Shown piece by piece: positions 1 to 11,434 of a stretch of 64,000 nucleotides of DNA. Both the position numbers and the translations under genes were made by a program. Below the pieces are notes generated by a model that worked only from the letters and a program-made list of their open reading frames with translations, was not told the DNA's origin and searched no databases. Each line of letters opens with the position of its first letter. Position 1 is the stretch's first letter. The stretch is from Callorhinchus milii (taxonomy: Eukaryota): positions 58,840,001 through 58,904,000 of the forward strand of contig NW_024704743.1 in NCBI RefSeq assembly GCF_018977255.1, given 5' to 3'.

Positions 1-450
1 CTCGGCTCCTGTTAACCCTGCAAGCCAAAGCCCTAACAGGTATCGTAGTCCTGGCTGGACATGTAGTGGCAAAGCTTGGCAGTCAGTGCTTTAAAGGCAA
101 GCTATGCGGTTTTGGCGCATAGCGCAAAGCAGTCTGAAACGCTAGCCTGCACGAGGAGGCGGACTATATAAATGCAAATTGTTGTTGTTTTAACTGGTTA
201 GACTCCAGCACTATCCCCAACGAACATTCTGGGCTCGACAAGTCTTGGCTCTTACCAACCTGCGCCTAATAGTCTCTGGATTTAGGTAAGAAGGGCGCAT
301 CTCTTCAGGAAGAGAGTGCACATTCGATTCCAATAAATCTTTCTGGAATTTCCATGTGTAGGTGTGATGCATAGAGCTCTGTTTGGTTTTATAGATTTCA
401 GCACGCTGATGGGTTTCCACATTTGTCAGACACCCGGCTTGACTAACAAA
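1..450. repeat. Unclassified interspersed repeat, homologous to about 62690-63040
   Basis: Shared blocks ttaaccctgcaag.caaagcc.taacaggta, ggttagactccagca, attccaataaat, and a terminal GTCAG..CTGAC palindrome. Confidence 0.8.
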
Positions 451-679
451 TAATTCTCTTTGCCACACCTTTGGTCATCTTTCCCCCTACCTGCCTCGGC
501 TTCAACCCCTGGACTATCCAGCACCTTCAGTCATGATACTATATACACTACATGACACTATGTAAATGTAAATTTGTTGTTGTTTAACGTCACCTGAACA
601 GATGAACAAAGAATCCTATAATCTGTGCCAGAAGATGAAATCTGCCAAAGGGGTTCTGCAACATTTCAATTGCTCCAGG

Positions 680-1010
680 TCATGCCAGGCTGGTGGCACT
701 CATCTCTGAGTTAGAAGGTAGTGGATTTAAGCCTCTTGTCAAGACTAGGAATTCATGTAGTCTAAGATGACACTCCAGTGCAGTGCTGCATTGATGGAGG
801 TGCAGTTCTTTGGATGAAAAATTAAACCAAGGTCCCGTCTGTCTGTTCAACTGGACGCTAAAGATCCTGTGGCACTATTCGAAAAGAGAAGGGAGTTTCT
901 CTTGGCATCCTGACCAACATTCTCCCAAATAAAATTAGTCATTCACTCCGTGGTTGTTTGTGGGACATTGTTTGTGCAAATTAACAGTCGCATTTGCCCA
1001 CAAAACATTA
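680..1010 (+). mobile_element. Old Deu-SINE (SacSINE1/AmnSINE1-like)
   Basis: cactccagtgcagt..ggaggtgc..ttggatga..ttaaacc..aaagatcctgtggcactattcgaaaagagaagggagttt..tgtttgtggga. Related copies at about 4490-4710, 25880-26070, 32510-32950, 47510-47770, 50850-51122 and 51230-51640 (+). Confidence 0.75.
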
Positions 1011-1075
1011 TCTCCACTTTACAATTCCTCCTGTTAAGTGCTTTGTCTTCCTGGTGTGCAAGGTGCTATACCTTG

Positions 1076-1398
1076 GTGGAGTCCTGTAGCTCAGTGGTTA
1101 GAGCACTCGCTTTGCAAGCGAGAGACCTGAGTTCAATTCCAGGCAGGGCGAAACCTTGGGCAAGTTTCCTTACTCCACACAGAGCCTAATAATAATCCCT
1201 CCAAAACCAAAAACAATAATTAAATTGGTCATTTTCAATCTATGACTGTTTGTGGGACATTGCTGTGCGCAATTGGCTGCCGCGTTCGCCCACAAATATA
1301 CAGTCAACTCACTTTACAGTATATTCTGTGAAGCGCTTTGGGACGTCCTCCCGACGTGAAAAGCGCTATATCAAATGCAAGGATTATTATTATTATTA
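1076..1398 (+). mobile_element. Young tRNA-Ala(TGC)-derived Deu-domain SINE, short variant
   Basis: A box tagctcagtgg, anticodon arm ctcgc-tttgcaa-gcgag, B box gagttcaattcc, Deu core tgtttgtgggacattgctgtgcgcaattggctgccgcgtt, L2-type stem-loop and (TTA)n. Confidence 0.92.
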
Positions 1399-1424
1399 CC
1401 TGATGCATCAATTATTATTATATT

Positions 1425-4265
1425 GGTCTGCAGAATGTCCGCTGATTAACCAACAAGTCCCTTACAATTCATGACCTCACAGTCGAGAAAATATCGACAT
1501 CCTCGCCGAAACCTGGGTCATCCCAGGCGACACCTTCCCACTAGTTGAGGCCATACCTCCAGGTTACACCTTTCACCAAACCCCACGGCCTAATCGCCGT
1601 GGCGGTGGTGTGGCTCTCATCTCCCGGTCCCACCTCGGCCTTTCCCCTTACTCCTCCGGAACCTTCCCGTCTACCACCCCTCCAGGCTTTCCTTCAAAAT
1701 CCCCCTTGTTTACCGTCCCCCCCAAGCCTTCCCCCATCTTCCTCTCGAACGTCTCCACCCTCCTATCTTCATCTCCCTCTGCTCTGAACGCCTCCTTATC
1801 TTAGACAACTTCAACCTCCACTTCACCCCCTCCCTCAACCTCTCCCTCCTCATCCACTCCCCCACCGCCTTGACCTGGTGATGACCCGGGGCCTCACAGT
1901 CTCGGACATCACCATCATCGATAAAGCCATCTCGGACCACTTCATCTCCCTCAAAGACCTCAGTACCCCTTCCCAACCCTCCACCATTACATGCCGTCCA
2001 TGGAAAAAAAAATTCTCCCTCTCCACTGCCCTGGAGTCATCTGAACTCCTACACCTCTGGCCCTCCCTGACCGATCTCCCCTCCTCACTCTCCTTTCTCC
2101 ACAACTTCCTCTCCTCCATTCTGGACTCACTTGTCCCCCTCACCTCCCGAACTGCCTCTTGCTCCCGTCAATCCCCCTGGTACACCAACCATCTCCGTTT
2201 CCTCAAGACACAAGTGCGAGCTGCCAAACGTGCCTGGACCAAATCCAAACTAACGGTCCATCAGCAGATTTGGCTTCACCATACCAAGACCCACCACTGC
2301 GCTCTTGCCTCTGCCAAATCCTCTTTCTACTCCCAAGGTTATCTTGGAGGCAAAGGACAACTCCCGGCTTTTCTTTTCCACCACTAACTGTCTCCTCCGT
2401 TCACCTTCCCATACCTCGCCCATCCTCTCCTCAAACTCCAACTGTGAAGAGATGTTGGACTTCCTCAAATCTAAAATCGAGGGAATACGTTCAACCATCT
2501 CAGCCCCGTCCACAGCCAAACCCACATTACATCTCCCTCATGACCCGCCTCCCACCCATCCACCCCTATACTCCTTCGACCCTATCTCTCCCTCCTCCCT
2601 CACCACGACTGTCCGCAAACTCAAACCCACCAGCTGTTCCCTCGATCCCATCCCCACCTCTCTCCTCGTCTCCCAGTTCCAACTTCTGGCCCCTCTCCTG
2701 TCCAATGTCATCAACCTCTCCTTGTCAACTGGTTGAGTTCCCACCGCCCTAAAAACAGCCGTCATCATCCCCATCCTGAAAAAACCTTCCCTGGACCCAT
2801 CCCTCCTCTCCAGCTACCGCCCCATCTCTAACCTCCCATTCCTCTCCAAGGTCCTGGAACGAATCGTCGCGTCCCAGCTCTGCTCCTTTCTCTCTCGCCA
2901 TTCCCTCTTTGAACCCCTCCAATCTGGCTTCTGCGCTGCCCACAGCACGGAAACAGCTCTGGTCAAAGTCACTAATGACATTCTGAATATCTGTGATCAA
3001 GGCTCCCTCTGCCTCCTTGTCCTCCTCGACCTCTCTGCCGCCTTTGACACTGTCGACCATTCCATCCTCATATACCGCCTCCTCTTTACTTAATCTTCAC
3101 GGACCTGCCCTTGCCTGGTTTGATCCTATCTCTCTCACCATCTCCACTTCGTTGACTCTAACAGTTTCTCCTCCAGCCCCCACACTGTCACATCTGGCGT
3201 CCCCCAGGGCTCTGTCCTTGGCCCTCTCCTCTTTAATATCTACATGCTCCCCCTTGGTGACATCATCCGCAGACATGGGGTCAACTTCCACATGTATACG
3301 GATGACACCCAACTCTATCTTTCTGCCTCTGCCCTCAACTCCAGGACCACTGCTGTCCTGACAGACTTCCTGTCGGACATCAAGTCCTGGATGAGGGCAA
3401 ATTTCCTACAGTTGAATGTGAACAAGACTGAGGCCCTCCTGATTGGCTCGAGCCGGCGCCTCAGCACCTCAGGCTATGGCAGCATCAACCTCCATGGTTG
3501 CACACTTCAACTCACCAACTCACCGCCAGTCAGGAACCGAGGTGTCTTGTTCGACCCTCAACTGTCTTTTGTTCCCCACATTCAAGCCATGAGCCGCTCT
3601 GCCCTCCCTCACCTCCGTAACATCGCTCGACTCCGCCACTACCTCACCCCTCAGGCCCCTGAAACTCTTGTTCATGCCTTCATCACCTCCAGGCTCGACT
3701 ATGCAAACTCTCTGCTTGTCGGCCTTCCCAACTCCTCCCTCCACAGACTGCAGATAATCCAGAACTCTGCAGCCCGTGTCCTCTCCCGCACCAAACTCCA
3801 TGACCCCATCTCCCCCACTCTCGCCCGACTCCATTGGGTCCCTATCCTTCAAAGAATCCGGTTCAAGATCCTGGTCCTCACATACAAAGCCCTCCATGGC
3901 CTCGCCCCACCCTCCCAATGCGACCTCCTAACCCCCTACCAACCCGCCCGTTCCCTCCACTCAGCTGGCTTCGGCCTGCTCCTTGTCCCCCATCCAACCC
4001 ACCCTACCATTGGTGGGAGAGCCTTCAGCCACTCTGCCCCCAACCTCCGGAACTCCATCCCCCAGTCACTCCGCCTCACCCCCTCCTTAGCCTCCGTCAA
4101 GTCCCGCCTCAAGATCCTCCTCTTCAACCATGCCTTCGGCCAACCCCCTTCCCCTCCCCTCACCTCCCCCCAACCCCAGCTCGGGTCTGAAATGCTGTAC
4201 CCTGTACACCTTGGGACGTCTTCCCAACGTGAAAGGCGCTATACAAATGTAATGTTGTTGTTATA
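1425..4265 (+). mobile_element. L2-clade LINE, near-complete ORF2 (APE endonuclease + reverse transcriptase), disabled by stops, frameshifts and deletions
   Basis: EN remnants LQNVR..TNK, IDILAETW, RGGGVALI, LDLVMTRG, ISDHF. RT remnants [58 protein letters not shown]. Ends in the gggacgtc..gtgaaaggcgctatacaaatg + (TTG)n tail. Confidence 0.93.
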
Positions 4266-6954
4266 ATTCGACTCTTTAAAAATTTGACCTATTCTGGATT
4301 TATCCAGCAGATGGCAGCAATAATCTGCCTGAATGAATGAAGCAACCTTGAACAATGCAATAGATTTGCAGTGTACCATGATCTAGGCTACAATTTTGTT
4401 TTGAAGGAATGAAGAACTGGCTGATATTTCAACCAAGCTTTACATTTGAAGCCCTGAGGTTGCCTGCCACTTCATGAATTTTGATTTGTCGGAGATACTG
4501 TCCGTCTTTCTGATGAGGTTAAAACTGTGGCCATGCCTGTCTGTTCAGGTCGACATTAAAAATCCCACCATTCAAAAGAGGAGGAAGGTTTTCCTGGTCA
4601 ACAATCCATCAGATTAATGGGACGTTATCTAGATTTGCCTATGAAAAATTGTCTCTACTCTCGACGGTAATTACTTGTGAAGTTCTTTAAGATGTTTTGA
4701 CATAAGTTGGCAAACCTGTTATTTGTTTTTCTTTCACTCTGTTTGCCATGCATTGTGCTTCCCAATAATACAAACCACTAGATGCTTCAGAATTCTTTGT
4801 TATGGAGTCTGCTTTTGGTGTGAGCGAGAGAGGGGTGGGGGGGGGGGAAGTAGTATTCAAGGAATAATAATAATCCTTGCATTTGATATTGCACCTGATC
4901 ATGTCATTGAAACATCACAAAGCACTTCACAGAATATATTATAAAGTGAATTGACTGTATATTTTGTGGGCAAAAAACAAAAAATGGAGCATTCAGAAAG
5001 AAGTGAAAAATGTACTCCTCACTTTGCTTTTACCCACATAGTAGCATATAAAGCATGTGTCCAAGCAGTTCTCCTTCGTAGTTCCACGCTCCTATGTATG
5101 AGGCGAGCGGTTTCTCTTAGCCTGTTTGCTAGGACCAATAAGAAGGTTTGCAGGGAGAGAGGGTTCTGCCCTACACTGACCTGATGTTCAGCAGCCTAGA
5201 TCATCTCTTTGCCAAGGCCCCTCACAATCTGAATTAAGCAGTTAGTGTTGCATAAGTCTGGTATTGGACCTCTAGAATAGAATTGTCTGGCCTGTCACAA
5301 GCTATCCTGTATAGATCATCCTAAAGTCAAATGTCTGTGAAATAGCAGATGAGGAAACTCTGAGGCTCAGGACAACAGATGTTGGAAAGCTTTACCTTGA
5401 TTCCAAGTTTATAAACTTGTATCCAGGTCTTACTATCCTCCCTGATTAGTATGGTTGATTAGTAGACATTGATAATTGATATCAGCATTAATAAGCAGCT
5501 GCTGCTGAAGCTCCATATTTCCAACTAGTGGAACCATCACTTAATGGTCAGGATGTGTGTCTGAGCTGTGGGCAGAAGGATGCTGGCAAGTCAAGGAAGG
5601 TGGTATTTCATGATTAGCTGTGCTGCTTTCAATGAAGTTTGTGTGGAGTTCCTGCTGACCATCTGTGCTCGTTTTTTGGGGATCAGCCAGGTGATGATAC
5701 GTGTGGAAATTCATCACTATGCTTAAGATGATATCATGCTTAAGAGTATCCAAACCAGACCGAGTTCCTTCCATCTCACATACACACAGAAATTGCAATG
5801 TATTGGAATGGAATGCGCATGTTGGATGTCCGATGACCATCTAGTTACTGTACTAGAGGGAAGAGATCGCCATGTGTTGAGCTCTTTGATTTGTATTTTT
5901 TTCAGAGTATTACACGTTGCCATAGTAGCAAATGAAATAATGAATATACCAATATTATGTTATCCTATATGTCCTTAGACAGAATAATAAATTATTTCAT
6001 TTAAAATAGGAGGCTGGCTTCTTGAAAGGGATTGCATCATCTTAAAGAAGTTTTTACTTGCATGAGTATTGCAGCTTTTAGGAGGTGCAAAGTTTTGAGA
6101 ATATTTCTCATAAAAATGGCAGTTTTTCTTCAAGGTCTCCAGAAGTGTGTGTTAGCTAAGCCATGTTTCAGCCAATTTTCAGTCTTCATTCATATTTAGC
6201 AATCTCAGATTTTAAAAAAAGGTGCAAAGTTCCAGACTGTAATAAAAGGTATGCAGGAAAACAGTTGACAGTATCTAAACGATTATTGCTGAAAACCCAT
6301 TTATTACCTTAATAACAAATGCTTCCATCTGATTTTTGATAAAGTTGACAAGTGACTTTTATCTTGTTGTTTGAAAATGTCACTGCATGCATAAATACTG
6401 AGTTAATTATCATCAATGAAAGATGAAATTCTCTATAGGTTGTAATATATGCATGCATAATTTTAACAACTGCAAGCGTATTAAATTTAAATTTGTATAG
6501 CTTGCCATAAAACATTACAGAAACTGCATAAAGGTACAGCTAACCATGCGCCCTTACTATTCCCAGTGCAATTATAATGACCATGCAGATTGCTTTAATT
6601 GAAGCAGTAAAACATAGTGGCATTTGAAGCCTTTATTAGTGATGTGTGTTAATCCTTTTGTTAAGATCACCCTTTTCCAATGCATTTAAAACTGGAGATG
6701 TATTCAGATGCTCCAATTTAGGGTCTAAGAATGGAATATTTGCAAATCAAATGCTAGCTTTGGGATTGTGGCCAGTGTTTTTGCCTTCAGCTCTTTTGTG
6801 GCAGAGAAAAGGCTGGAAAGAAAAGCGCTTTTCTTTTTTGGGGGGCTTTGCCAGTATCCAGGATTTGAAAGCTTTGTTCCCTCTGATTCTGAAAATGTAA
6901 TTAGATTCACAGACTGAAAGTTGCAATTAAATTAACACACCTGATTTGCAAATA

Positions 6955-7403
6955 TCCTGTAGTTCAGTGGTTAGAGCACTTGCCTCGCAAGCAAGAGACC
7001 TGGGTTTGATTCCCGGCGGGGCGAAATGTTGGGCAAGTTTCCTTACTCCACACGCCTCTGTTTATCTTTCATGTCTTCGAGATGTCTCAAAGCGCTTCAC
7101 AGAATATATTGTAAAGTGATTTGACTGTATATTTTGTGGGTGAAACGCAGCAGCCAATTGCACACAGCAGTGTCCCACAAACAGTCGTAGATTGAAGTGA
7201 CCAATTTAGTTTTTTTTTAATGGAATTATTACCCCCGGAAAAGCAATCTGCCAATCGACTAATAACCAGGTTCCTACTTACTGCTACATAAACAAAGCCT
7301 TGTGGAGTTAGGAAACTTGCCCAGCATTTCGCCCTGCCGGGAACGAAACCCAGGTCTCTCGCTTGTGAGGCAAGTGCACTAACCAATGAGCTACAGGACT
7401 CCA
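6955..7403. mobile_element. Fused inverted SINE pair: plus head 6955-7066 joined to minus copy 7067-7403
   Basis: Both ends carry the tRNA head in opposite orientations. Confidence 0.88.
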
Positions 7404-7434
7404 TTAATTAGGATTGCTCACTTCAGATAAAAAT

Positions 7435-7620
7435 AGAATCCATTTATATAACTCCTCTCACATCGGAAGGACGGCCTAAGGTGCTTAACAATACTGGTTT
7501 GGCTCCTGACCTGGGGGTAATAGGCAGGACTGGTGAGGAGAGGGAAGATGACCAGAAAAACAGTCAAAGAAATGGGTTTTGAACGAGCCGAGGATTTTAG
7601 AGATGGAACTGGAGATCCAG
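7435..7620 (-). mobile_element. Old L2 3' fragment
   Basis: Reverse tail catttatata...tcacatcggaaggacggcctaaggtgct followed by a purine-rich L2 3' region. Confidence 0.6.
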
Positions 7621-8519
7621 TTATTGGAGAGTGAAAATGGCAGAACTCAACCCTAAGTGGAGCGAGCCATTTACCTGTAGAGGGAAGCCACCTGTTTCTA
7701 AGTGTGCTCCTAAAGCATTCCTTAAAAACAAGTTTAGGAATGTATTTAGGATTCCCACAAATTTTACCCTGTTATATCTATTATGATATTGGAAAGTGCT
7801 TGCCCCAGGAATTCCTTTACGCAGTGGATAATCAACAACTGGAACAGATTGATAGGAAAGTTGGTAGAGGCCTGGTTATTGTACTCATTTAAAAAGCAGC
7901 TTGATGCTGTCTTGCAGTGATGGTTGAGTGGTTGTTCTGTAAGGATGAAAATGGATGGGCAAAGAACCTCCTTCATCCAGATTCGTACATGATATTTCCC
8001 CTGAAATTTAGAATTCCAACGATGGTTGGCAAACTTATAAATGTTTTTTCACAATACTGAAGGCCTTCAGTAATTCATCGCTTTATCAGTTGTATAACAG
8101 GTAACTTTTGTATGGATAATAAGAGGTAAAATGTGTGATCTCGAAGAGCCAAAGGGAGGAAATATAGCAGATTAAAAGGCCAAAGAGGAGGGGCGAGCGA
8201 GAGAGTATGGAAAGGTTTTTTTTCTCCATTTTGTTTGAGGTGTCACACAAAAGCCCATTGAGCAAATTTGGGGTTTGGGACAAAGACCACTGGAAGTCAT
8301 TTGTAGAAGGTTAGTGTGTGAGTGTTATCTCATATCTGTAATTTTGTGGGATATCTTGTTTTATATGTAAAGGAGCTAAGCAAATCCTGCTGATTCTTCA
8401 CATCAGTAACTTGTGGGATTGCTGTTTGATGGTGATCTGATCTTCTGGTTCTACTATGGAGTGTAATGGTAATGCAGATGCAAGCTCTTGTCTTGCTACC
8501 CACACTGACTGGGAGATGA

Positions 8520-10146
8520 CTGGGCCAATAGCAAAGTGCGGCTGCATATTTTCTGCGGCATCCGCCACAAACACCGGCCTCTGCTGCAAACCCTCTATAA
8601 ATGTAGTTTCTGGCCCGCGGGTCTCCTGGCTGTTGACCTGGCGTCACTGTGGGCACGGCAGCTCCGGACACTTATGCACGGTGGAGCACAAGCGCCAAAT
8701 GGGCTTCTCTTGGAGCCCACACCGTTGTGTGTGTGTGTGTATGTGTGTGCGCCCGTGTGTGAGACTGTCTGTGTTGTGTGTATGTCTCTATATGCATTTG
8801 TGAGTGTGTGTGTGTCTCTCTATCTATGAGTGTGTCTCTTTCTGTGTCTGTGTGTGTGTGTGTGTGGCTCTCTCTGTATTTATGAGTGTGTCTCTCTCTC
8901 TGTATCTATGAGTGTCTGTGTGTGTGTGTCTCTCTCTGTGTCTGTGAGTGTGTGTGTCTGTGTGTGAGTGTGTGTCTGAGTGTGTGAGTGTGTGTGTGTG
9001 TGTCTGAGTGAGTGTGTGTGTGTGTCTGTGAGTGCGTGTGTGTGTCTGTGAGTGTGTGTGTGTCTATGAGTGAGTGCGTGTCTGTGTGTGTGTGTGTGTG
9101 AGTATGTGTGTCTGTGAGTGAGTGTGTGTGTGTGTCTGTGAGTGAGTGTGTTTGTGTCTGTGAGTGAGTGTGTGTGTGTCTGTGAGTGAGTTGTGTCTGT
9201 GAGTGAGTGAGTGTGTGTGTGTCTGTGAGTGTGTGTCTGTGAGTGTGTGTGTGTGTCTGTGAGTGTGTGTCTGAGTGTGTGAGTCTGTGAGTGTGTGTAT
9301 GAGTCTGTGTGTGTGAGTCTGTGTGTGTGTCTCTCTCTGTGAGTCTGTGTGTGTGTCTTTCTCTCTGAGTCTGTGTGTGTGTGTCTCTCTCTGTGAGTCT
9401 GTGTGTGTCTCTCTCTCTGAGTCTGTGTGTGCGTGTGTGCGTCTCTCTCTGTGAGTCTGTGTGTGTGTCTCTGTGAGTCGGTGTGTGTGTCTTGTGAGTC
9501 TGTGTGTGTCTCTCTGTGAGTCTGTGAAAGGGCAGGCTCGAGGGGCTGAATGGCCTACTCCTGCTCCTAATTCTTGTGTGTGTGTCTCTCTCAGGGTCTG
9601 TGTGCAGTGCTGAGCCCTGAGAGCTCCTGTAGCCTCGCTGGTGTGTGTGTGTCCCCATCCCCCCACAAAAAAGAGCAAATGGGCTTCACTCAGAGGCCCC
9701 ACTCTTGTGATTGTTTGTGTGTCTGTGAGTGTATATTTCTCTCTCTGTCTGTGAGTGTGTGTGTGTCTGAGGGTGTGTGTCTCTCTGTGTCTATATGTGT
9801 CTATCTCTCTGGATCGGTGTGCGGTGCTGGATCCTGAGAGCTCCTGTAACCTCGCTGGTGTCCCCCCCCTTCCTCCCTTCCCCCCGCCCAGGCAAACCAG
9901 TTTTTGTTAAAGAAGCAATTAGTATTTTTTCTGCAACAATCTAATATGTGTTATTTCCTCATGTTTAGATTTTATCAATAAAATGAAAATATGTAGGTTG
10001 GAGGTCAAATATACTTCAATAGCACCAATCAACTCCATGCCATTTTCTGCAAAATTTCTCAAAAAGTTCTCCGCAATTCTCCGCAAAATTGGCAAATCTC
10101 CCCACAATTTTTGGCAAATATTTCTGCACATTTCTATTGGCCCAGG
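8520..10146. mobile_element. Non-autonomous TIR DNA transposon with internal TG/GA microsatellite, copy 1
   Basis: Left CTGGGCCAATAGCAAAGTGC and right GCACATTTCTATTGGCCCAG(G). Flanks AGATGA and AGATTA. Body homologous to 34714-35394. Confidence 0.8.
8726..9525. repeat. Compound (TG)n/GAGT/TCTG microsatellite
   Basis: Directly visible; source of the spurious His/Thr-rich ORFs. Confidence 0.97.
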
Positions 10147-11434
10147 AGATTACCCTGGAATTAGTTACCCATCCAGCAAGAGCTCAAACCACTGATTGTA
10201 AACTATCCTTAGGGGAGGAAAACGTAAGATGGGTCTTTAGTCAACTTGGTTTCATAGTGACATGCAAGTCAAAAGTAGTCAACTCTCTCTATCAGACTCG
10301 ATGATCAGTTGCCTGAGCCAGTAGTAATGTTGATTGACCTGGCTAATTAACAGAAACTTAATAGATGTTTTAGCGAGGGATAGATGCGTTATATTTCAGA
10401 GAGGGATAGATGTGTTATGAAAGAGAGAATTATTCCCCCTAAGCCTTTAGTAACCCTGAAAGCCATTGCCCTAACTTTATCACTCATCCCTTAGTAGATT
10501 TTCATCAAATAGTTTGCCTACAAAACACATCTTCCCTCTTTTGAGTGTGAGACTGCCTCTTGTTCTAATTTATTTCTGTAAAATAGTTCAGATTTCAAAT
10601 TTAATTGCTACCTATTGCTTGCTCGGTTAATAAGTTTTGCTAGTTCTAAAATGGTCAATAAGAGCAGCTTTGAAATTAAGACTGAATATATGAAATATTC
10701 CATAACTGCATGTTAAATTTTAAGAAAAATGGTTTCACAGACCAAGACTAGATGGAATTTCAGGCCTCTGATATTTTATTCATTCCATTTTTGTGCAGCA
10801 TGGTCTGCATTTGGCATTCATTTATTCATTTATTCTTTCCCTGGCCCAATGTTTAAAAATAAACTTTTTTAAAACCGATGTTCTAAAGGGAAGAAGGGTT
10901 GAGTAATAAGTGAAGGTTGAGTGCATTTAATGAATAGATGATACTTCCAAGATCCACTTAATGCAAATTAGATTGACAGTTTATCAAACACTAGTTGGCA
11001 TGTTTATTTATATTGTTTTCCACTAACAAAAATCCTCAATTTTGCATTTTCTGACGCAATTTTTTAAGGTTACAAAATCTGAAGAATTGTTAAGAATATT
11101 GACAAGATTAAGATTTAATGGTGCTTGGCAGCAACTGTATTAATTGAGTGGGTGAACACTTACATAGAAATAGTTTCTATCTGCTGAATGTAGTGGATAT
11201 CTGGACAAAATTAGCTGTATACTAGCTGGACTATTGGGACTTGTCTGGTGCAGTCATAGTTTTGCATGCAGCAGCTCAATTTAAGGGTATGTCTTTGTAA
11301 ACATTCTTCGACACTGTCGATCACTCTATCTCTCTCCACTGCCTCTCTGTTCCACCTGCATGGTTCTATCCTATTATAGTTTCACTCCTACCTACCGCAG
11401 CATCTCAACTTTCTCATCAAATGGAGTGATTAGC

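Noticed and set aside
1078..1150. tRNA-Ala-like sequence
   Set aside because: It is the SINE head: the acceptor stem is not complementary and it runs into the Deu body in every copy.
3244..4266. 340-aa RT-like ORF as an active or domesticated gene
   Set aside because: Upstream stops and frameshifts, YTDD instead of YADD, and many parallel decayed copies indicate an ordinary dead L2.
8906..9702. 250-aa and 212-aa His/Thr-rich minus-strand ORFs, and similar ORFs at 44904-45470
   Set aside because: They are translations of (TG)n/(CA)n micro- and minisatellites, not genes.
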